In this document: in pieces, positions 58,745-64,000 of the stretch
Position numbering within the stretch: the stretch's first letter is position 1
How the letters are laid out: each line of letters begins with the position of its first letter
NCBI GenBank assembly: GCA_022843285.1
Contig: JALHNY010000001.1
Span: 79,128 to 143,127, forward strand
Reading direction: 5' to 3'
DNA from: Minisyncoccota bacterium
GTDB lineage: Bacteria > Patescibacteriota > Minisyncoccia > UBA6257 > 2-01-FULL-56-20
DNA length: 64,000 nucleotides
Program-made: the position numbers and the translations under genes
Notes under the pieces: generated by a model
Seen by the model: the letters and a program-made list of their open reading frames with translations, nothing else
Database searches by the model: none
Told to the model about the DNA's origin: nothing

Positions 58745-59746
58745 CTAGAGGAGCGCCAGCTGGGCCATCTTCGCCCTGGTGATCGGCCCGAAGTAGCCGG
58801 ATGCCGGCGAGATGCCGACGGCTGCCTGGTACTCGGCGAGCGCTTTCTGCGTCACGGGTCCGAAGTACCCCGTGGCACCGGCTGCTTTGAGCGCAGCGGC
58901 CGCGGGTCCCTTCGCCTGCGCGATGAGCGCCGCCTGCAGCTTGGCCACGTCCGCGCCCTGTGAGCCGAGCGTGAGGTCACGCGAGGTACTCGCGCCGCCG
59001 GGCGGTGCCACCGGCGCCACGCCCGTCGCGAGGGCTAGAGCTTTCGTGATCTCAGCTGGTAGGTCTTCGCCGCGTGCGGCTGCCTGGCGGAAGAACGCGA
59101 GCTGGTCCCCCACCAGGACGCGCGCCTCTGCGTCCGCATCGTCCGCGTCCTCGATGATGCGCTCCACGGCGCTCAGGCGCTCGGCGGCCGTGAACTCCTC
59201 GGTCATCCTCGGGTACGGGTTCTCCGCGCCCCTCTCGTAGATGCCGAGGTGGAGGTGCGGCGACGTGCCCTGCGCGTTGCCGCTGTCGCCCACGTACCCG
59301 ATGAGGTCACCCTTCTTGAGAATGTCGCCAACCTTCAGGCCGTCCCTGTAACCCTCGAGGTGCGCGAAGTAGAACCGCTCGCCGCCGGGGTTCGTGGTGT
59401 ACACGAAGTTGCCGCCGTTCGCGCCGTACCCGATTGAGGTCACGACCGAGTCAGACGGCGCCACGATGTGGGCGCCACGGCGCGCGAAGATGTCCGTGCC
59501 CTCGTGGGTGCGGCCGTTGCTGCGCGCGTCTCCCCAGGTGTCATTGACCTGGCTCGGGGCTACGCCAAAGAGAATCGGAACGGGGAACGATTCGAGCTCG
59601 TCCAGGTTGCTGAGCCTGCGCACCTCACGCTGCGCTGCCGTGGGCAACCTGCTGCTCCTGCTGCCGCTCGTGTGAGAGGCGTCCGCCACGGGTACGCCGC
59701 TCGCCGCGACGAGCAGCGCCGCGGCCAGAGAAAGAATTTTGTGCAT
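58745..59746 (-). CDS. Secreted M23 peptidase with C-terminal peptidoglycan-binding domain
   Basis: HEGTD, FAHL and PHLHLG motifs; LTLGSQGADV..GYFGPVT..GYFGPIT. Confidence 0.9.
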   Translation of the reverse strand: MHKILSLAAALLVAASGVPVADASHTSGSRSSRLPTAAQREVRRLSNLDELESFPVPILFGVAPSQVNDTWGDARSNGRTHEGTDIFARRGAHIVAPSDSVVTSIGYGANGGNFVYTTNPGGERFYFAHLEGYRDGLKVGDILKKGDLIGYVGDSGNAQGTSPHLHLGIYERGAENPYPRMTEEFTAAERLSAVERIIEDADDADAEARVLVGDQLAFFRQAAARGEDLPAEITKALALATGVAPVAPPGGASTSRDLTLGSQGADVAKLQAALIAQAKGPAAAALKAAGATGYFGPVTQKALAEYQAAVGISPASGYFGPITRAKMAQLALL

Positions 59747-59809
59747 ACGCTCTGTTTAACGATTTCTGCGCGCCGCGCTTACGCGTGGCTGGTGCGGCCA
59801 GTATACCAG

Positions 59810-60823
59810 CTAGAACAGGCGCAAGACGTCGCGGGCCGTCAAGAGCAGCATGAGCGTGATCAGAATCAGGAACGTCACCGCGTTGATGCGCACCTCGAGC
59901 CAGTGGGGCATCTTCTTGCCGCTCACCCACTCCACGAGCGTCAGGTACAGCCTGCCGCCGTCCAGCGCAGGAATGGGCAGCAGGTTCAGGATGGCGAGGT
60001 TCACCGAGATCACCGCGAGCATCTGCACGAGGTAAATGGCGCCGATGCCGCTCACCTGCCCCGCCGTCGAAACGATGCCGACCGGGCCCACGACGTCCGC
60101 GGGGACGCTGCCGGTGAAGAGCCTCGCGATGAGACCAGCAAAGCCCTGGACCGTGGCGACGCTGATGTCCCACGTGGTCTTCAGGGCCTCCCACGGCGCC
60201 TTCCAAAAAGGCGTCGCGTCGATGCCACCCTCGGTGAGCCCGACCCCCAGCGCGCCGGGCTGCTCGGGTGAGACCTCGCGGGGCGTGACCGTCACGGTGA
60301 CCTTCTCCGCGCCGCGCTGGACATCGAAGGTGAACGTGCCGCCGATCGCGCCCCGCGCGGTGGTGGCGAACTCTTCCGCGCTCTCGTAGTCGAGAATGAC
60401 GTCGCTCGGCTGGATGCCGGCTGCTGCAGCTGGCGAGCCGTCCTCGACCTCCGTGATGACCACGACGTGCGGGGTTCCCACCATGAAGATGCCCGTGAGC
60501 AGCACCCACGCGAGCGCGGCGTTCACGGCGACGCCCGCCACGATGACGAGTGCCCGCTTCCACGGCGGCTGCGCCGAGAGCAGCTTCTCCGGCGGCACGC
60601 CGGCGCTGTCCTCGTCCTCACCCGCGATGCGGACGAAGCCGCCGATGGGCAGCGCGTTCAGCGAGTACTCGGTATCCCCGCGCTTCTTGGCGAAGAGCCT
60701 CGGCGGGAAGCCGACGCCGAACTCGTGCACGTGCAGCTTGAACGCCTTCGCCGCGAGGAAGTGCCCCAGCTCGTGCGCGACGATGAGGAGGACGAGCCCT
60801 ACCGCAATGAGCAGGCCCGCCAT
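59810..60823 (-). CDS. rseP: M50 intramembrane zinc protease with PDZ domain
   Basis: HELGH, PIGGFV and NLLPIPALDGG motifs. Confidence 0.93.
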   Translation of the reverse strand: MAGLLIAVGLVLLIVAHELGHFLAAKAFKLHVHEFGVGFPPRLFAKKRGDTEYSLNALPIGGFVRIAGEDEDSAGVPPEKLLSAQPPWKRALVIVAGVAVNAALAWVLLTGIFMVGTPHVVVITEVEDGSPAAAAGIQPSDVILDYESAEEFATTARGAIGGTFTFDVQRGAEKVTVTVTPREVSPEQPGALGVGLTEGGIDATPFWKAPWEALKTTWDISVATVQGFAGLIARLFTGSVPADVVGPVGIVSTAGQVSGIGAIYLVQMLAVISVNLAILNLLPIPALDGGRLYLTLVEWVSGKKMPHWLEVRINAVTFLILITLMLLLTARDVLRLF

Positions 60824-61377
60824 TACTCGGAAATTGCCTCGAGCTTGGCGTCGACGAGCTCGTCCACCCGCTTGTTCGCGCGGTCCACGATTGCCTGCAG
60901 TGCGTCACGGATGGAGCGCTCATCGTCCTCGGTGATTTCCTTCGCGTCCTTCGCGGAGCGCACCTTTTTCATGGAGTCGTCACGGTGGTTGCGAATCGCG
61001 ATGCGCGCCGCCTCCGCGGTCTTCTTGACCGTCTTGGTCAGCTCCTCGCGGCGCTCGCTGGTGAGCGCCGCCATGGAGGCGCGCACGGTCATGCCGTCGT
61101 TTGTCACGGAGAGACCCACCTGCGCGTCCTGAATCGCCTTCACGACCGGTGCCACCGCTGTCTGGTCCCAGAGCGTGATGAGCACGGTGCGCGGGGCCTC
61201 AATGGAGAGCGACCCCAGCTGCTGGATGGTCATGGGCTGGCCGTAGTGGATGAGGGAGATCTTCTCCACCAGCTCGACAGACGCGCGCGACGAGCGCAGC
61301 GCGGCGAGGTCTTCCTGGAGGCGGCCGAGGGTGCCGTCTAGGTCGGCCTGGAGGTGCTTGTCGTAGTCGTTAGTCAT
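60823..61377 (-). CDS. frr: Ribosome recycling factor
   Basis: LRSSRAS, LTSERREEL.K and ARIAIRN.R motifs. Confidence 0.93.
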   Translation of the reverse strand: MTNDYDKHLQADLDGTLGRLQEDLAALRSSRASVELVEKISLIHYGQPMTIQQLGSLSIEAPRTVLITLWDQTAVAPVVKAIQDAQVGLSVTNDGMTVRASMAALTSERREELTKTVKKTAEAARIAIRNHRDDSMKKVRSAKDAKEITEDDERSIRDALQAIVDRANKRVDELVDAKLEAISE

Positions 61378-62203
61378 TGGGTAGGTTGGCGAACAGCGCG
61401 GCGAGCTGCAACCTGAGGTTGAGCGGGCTCACCTGGGCCTGGCGGATGAGAGACTGCGTCCGGTGCCAGAGCTCCACGTTGCGCGCGGTACGGGCATTAT
61501 ACGCGAGCAGCACCGAGAGCGCACGGAGAATTTCGAGCAGCGGGATCTCCGCGGCGGCAGCCTCTTTGGCGATGCCGGGCACGGCGCTCGCCGGGCTCGC
61601 GAGGAGCTCCTCGGCGCAGGCGCGCGCCGGAGCGTCCGCCACCTGTTCGGCTGCGAGAGCCAGCGACCCGCCCGAGTGGCTGGCCACGCGCGCCGCGTGG
61701 TCCGCCTCGACGCCGTGCACCTCGCGCAGCCACGCTGCCACCTCGATGTCCTGGAGGGGCGGGACGGCGACGCGCTGCAACCTGGAGCGGAGCGTGGGCA
61801 GGATGCGCTCCTCGTCGGTCGTGGCGAGCAGCAGCACGGAGTGCTCGGGCGGCTCCTCCGCCACCTTCAGGAGCGCGTTCTGCGCCTCGGTGGTGAGGAG
61901 CTCCGCTCCGAGCACGAGCGCGACACGGTACGCCGCCACGCCCGGGAAGGAGGCGAGGTGCGGGCGCACGTGGTCGTTCACCACCTTGATGCCGATGGAG
62001 CTGTCCTCCTCTCCGCGCTCCACGATGACGCCGTCTGCCAGCTGCAGGCGGTGCTCGCCGTCCACGGCGCGCAGCGCCGCGCGGGATACCTCGGCTAGCC
62101 AGACGGAGTCCCTGCCCACGAGCAGGTACCCGTGGGCGAGCTCACGCTCGCGGGCCAGGCCGGCAAACCACTCCACGAGCTCGGTGCGCGCCGAGAGGGG
62201 CAT
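61370..62203 (-). CDS. holB: DNA polymerase III delta' subunit-like protein
   Basis: HGYLLVG, EAQNALLKVAEEPP and ILPTLRSR motifs. Confidence 0.8.
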   Translation of the reverse strand: MPLSARTELVEWFAGLARERELAHGYLLVGRDSVWLAEVSRAALRAVDGEHRLQLADGVIVERGEEDSSIGIKVVNDHVRPHLASFPGVAAYRVALVLGAELLTTEAQNALLKVAEEPPEHSVLLLATTDEERILPTLRSRLQRVAVPPLQDIEVAAWLREVHGVEADHAARVASHSGGSLALAAEQVADAPARACAEELLASPASAVPGIAKEAAAAEIPLLEILRALSVLLAYNARTARNVELWHRTQSLIRQAQVSPLNLRLQLAALFANLPND

Positions 62204-63222
62204 CAGGATGACCTCTTGTTGAGGAGCGTGCGCTTGTACACGTCGATGTGGCTCAGGATGAGGCCCGTGCCCTTGGCGACGCAGTAGAGCGGATCCTCCG
62301 CGAGGTACACCGGCACGCCCAGGAACCGCTCGAAGAACTGCGGCAGGTAGTTGAGCTGCCCCGTGCCTCCCGAGATAATGATTCCCTTCTCCATGATGTC
62401 CGCGACGAGCTCGGGCGGGGTGTCGTTGAACACGTTCTGCACGGCCTGGTACACCTCCATGAGGAGCGGGTTGAGCGCGTCGGCAATCTCGTTGCTCGTA
62501 AGCGTGACGTCCTTGGGTAGGCCCGAGGCGAGGTCGCGGCCGCGCACCTGCATCTCGCGGCGGTCCTTCGTGATGAGCGCAGAGCCGACCTTCATCTTTA
62601 TGTTCTCGGCGGTCTGGTCTCCGATTGAGAGGCCGTACTTCTTCTTGATGTAGTCGCTGATGGCGCCATCGAACTTGTTGCCCGCTACGCGCAGCGACGC
62701 CCACGACACGATGTTGCCGAGCGCTATGACCGCGACCTCGGAGGTGCCGCCGCCCATGTTGATGATCATGTGGCCCGAGCGCGCGTTGATCGGGATGCCC
62801 GCGCCGAGCGCCGCGAGGATCGGCTCACGGACGATGAACGCCTGGCGCGCGCCGGCCTCCTTGGCGGCGTTGATCACCGCGCGGCGCTCCGTCTGCGTGA
62901 TGCCGGCGGGCACGGAGATGACGACCTCGGGGCCCATGATGTCCCACCAGTTCGTCGCCTTGGCGATGAAGTACGTCAGCATCGCCTTCGTGATGTAGTA
63001 GTCCGCCACCACGCCGTCCTTGAGGGGGCGGTACGCGACGATGTCGTCCGGCGTGCGGCCGACCATCTCCTTGGCCTCGGCGCCCACGGCGAGCACCGTG
63101 TTGTCGGGCTTGGAGAGCGCCACGATGGTGGGCTCGTTGATGATGAAGCCCCGCCCCGGGACGAAAACGACAGTGTTAGCCGTCCCCAGGTCGATGCCGA
63201 TTTTCCTCGTGAAAACGCCCAT
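62203..63222 (-). CDS. mreB: Rod shape-determining actin homolog (MreB/Mbl)
   Basis: GIDLGTANT, RPLKDGVVAD, GGGTSE and DPLYCVAKG motifs. Confidence 0.93.
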   Translation of the reverse strand: MGVFTRKIGIDLGTANTVVFVPGRGFIINEPTIVALSKPDNTVLAVGAEAKEMVGRTPDDIVAYRPLKDGVVADYYITKAMLTYFIAKATNWWDIMGPEVVISVPAGITQTERRAVINAAKEAGARQAFIVREPILAALGAGIPINARSGHMIINMGGGTSEVAVIALGNIVSWASLRVAGNKFDGAISDYIKKKYGLSIGDQTAENIKMKVGSALITKDRREMQVRGRDLASGLPKDVTLTSNEIADALNPLLMEVYQAVQNVFNDTPPELVADIMEKGIIISGGTGQLNYLPQFFERFLGVPVYLAEDPLYCVAKGTGLILSHIDVYKRTLLNKRSS

Positions 63223-63377
63223 GTACGAGGCGGATTCTATGCGCTACTCCCCCGCCGGGCAACCTCCGCCGGGACACCTATCCCCAGGAGACAAAAGCTT
63301 AAAAAGGTAGAATAAAAACAACCCCTTTATAGGGGATGGTGTGGGACGAGACGCGCGTACTCTACACTACGACCCTC

Positions 63378-63599
63378 TTACTGTCCGGTAATCAGATCGT
63401 TGAGCGACTTTACTCCGCGCTGCTTAAGCAGGGTGCCGAGCTTCATGTCGCTCCGGACTCCCAGGTCCACGCTGTACTTGTCCTCAATCGTTTTGACGAG
63501 GGTGTCGCTGCGCTTCTGGCGGAGCCGACCGTTTCCCTCGTTGCGAGGACGGTAGCCTGCCATTCCCGGTGCATCCGGCCGCCTATTGGTGTTTGCCAT
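63378..63599 (-). CDS. Small basic hypothetical protein (73 aa), lower GC
   Basis: GRLRQKRSDTLVKTIEDKY..GVRSDMKLGTLL, with an internal RSD repeat. Confidence 0.7.
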   Translation of the reverse strand: MANTNRRPDAPGMAGYRPRNEGNGRLRQKRSDTLVKTIEDKYSVDLGVRSDMKLGTLLKQRGVKSLNDLITGQ

Positions 63600-63781
63600 T
63601 AGGTTAAGCATTCACTAGTGAAAGAACCTTCGACTTGGTTCCTGACCGATACACGGCCCTGGTCGGCGGAAGGTCGGTCAATCAGGAGTCTCCGGCAGTA
63701 CGCGCGTCTGCGTACCCGCGGGGATGTTAGCAATCTTTGAGCGAGACTGCTAGTTCACTTGGCACTTCTACCCCATTAACT

Positions 63782-63822
63782 AAAGACTTGAGCCCCTCCA
63801 ACTGGAGGGGCTCAAGTCTTTT
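63782..63822 (-). terminator. 19-bp perfect inverted repeat, terminator of the upstream hydrolase
   Basis: AAAGACTTGAGCCCCTCCA-AC-TGGAGGGGCTCAAGTCTTT directly after the stop codon at 63823. Confidence 0.75.
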
Positions 63823-63999
63823 CTACAGCGCGCAGCGCCCGCTCGCGCTCTTCCCAATCAATGAGATTGCCTGCTTGCAGAGGTCCGCGATGCTCTGCGG
63901 CTTCATGAACACGTGGTCCTCACCTCGGTAGATGGTGGTCTTCACGTTCTTGCCCTCAATCTTCAGGAGCTGGTCCAGCAGCGTCGTCTGCGAGTGCGG
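63823..63999 (-). CDS. C-terminus of an alpha/beta hydrolase (S9-like), truncated by the window edge
   Basis: PHSQTTLLDQLLKIEGKNVKTTIYRGEDHVF resembles the catalytic-His region. Confidence 0.6.
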   Translation of the reverse strand, partial: PHSQTTLLDQLLKIEGKNVKTTIYRGEDHVFMKPQSIADLCKQAISLIGKSASGRCAL

Positions 64000-64000
64000 C

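Overview
A 64 kb chromosomal segment from a high-GC bacterium using genetic code 11 (TAA, TAG and TGA all end intact genes). The gene content suggests Patescibacteria/CPR (Parcubacteria-like): a stand-alone VirD4/TraD-like ATPase, a sigma70-r4/HARE-HTH protein, split ComEC, a compact type IV pilus cluster, shortened UvrA/UvrC/SecDF/HolB and no biosynthetic pathways. This taxonomy is an inference. Most of the window is housekeeping: a DEAD-box helicase, tRNA-Lys(TTT), secDF, trmD, ftsW, murG, gltX, rarA, rpmA, rplI, an S41 protease, def, fmt, a UvrD-nuclease fusion, nfo, nth, mscL, an ABC-F protein, bcp, uvrABC, rseP, frr, holB and mreB. I found no CRISPR array, integrase, transposase or phage module. 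Six signals stand out. (1) An unexplained intergenic RNA candidate with a perfect tRNA T-arm and its own terminator (about 42620-42752). (2) A two-tier expression layout: many core genes look leaderless (TAnnnT 6-9 nt before the start codon), while scattered lower-GC orphan genes carry their own -35/-10 promoter, Shine-Dalgarno and often a hairpin. (3) An active plus degenerate coupling-protein-like ATPase pair next to ComEC, with no T4SS genes in the window. (4) A MazG-like gene with TAG at codon 4. (5) An Nth lacking the four-Cys [4Fe-4S] motif. (6) Structured leader candidates (23343-23480, 48930-49028, 63610-63780) and three small ORFs missing from the ORF track. All family assignments come from motif recognition by eye, not database searches.
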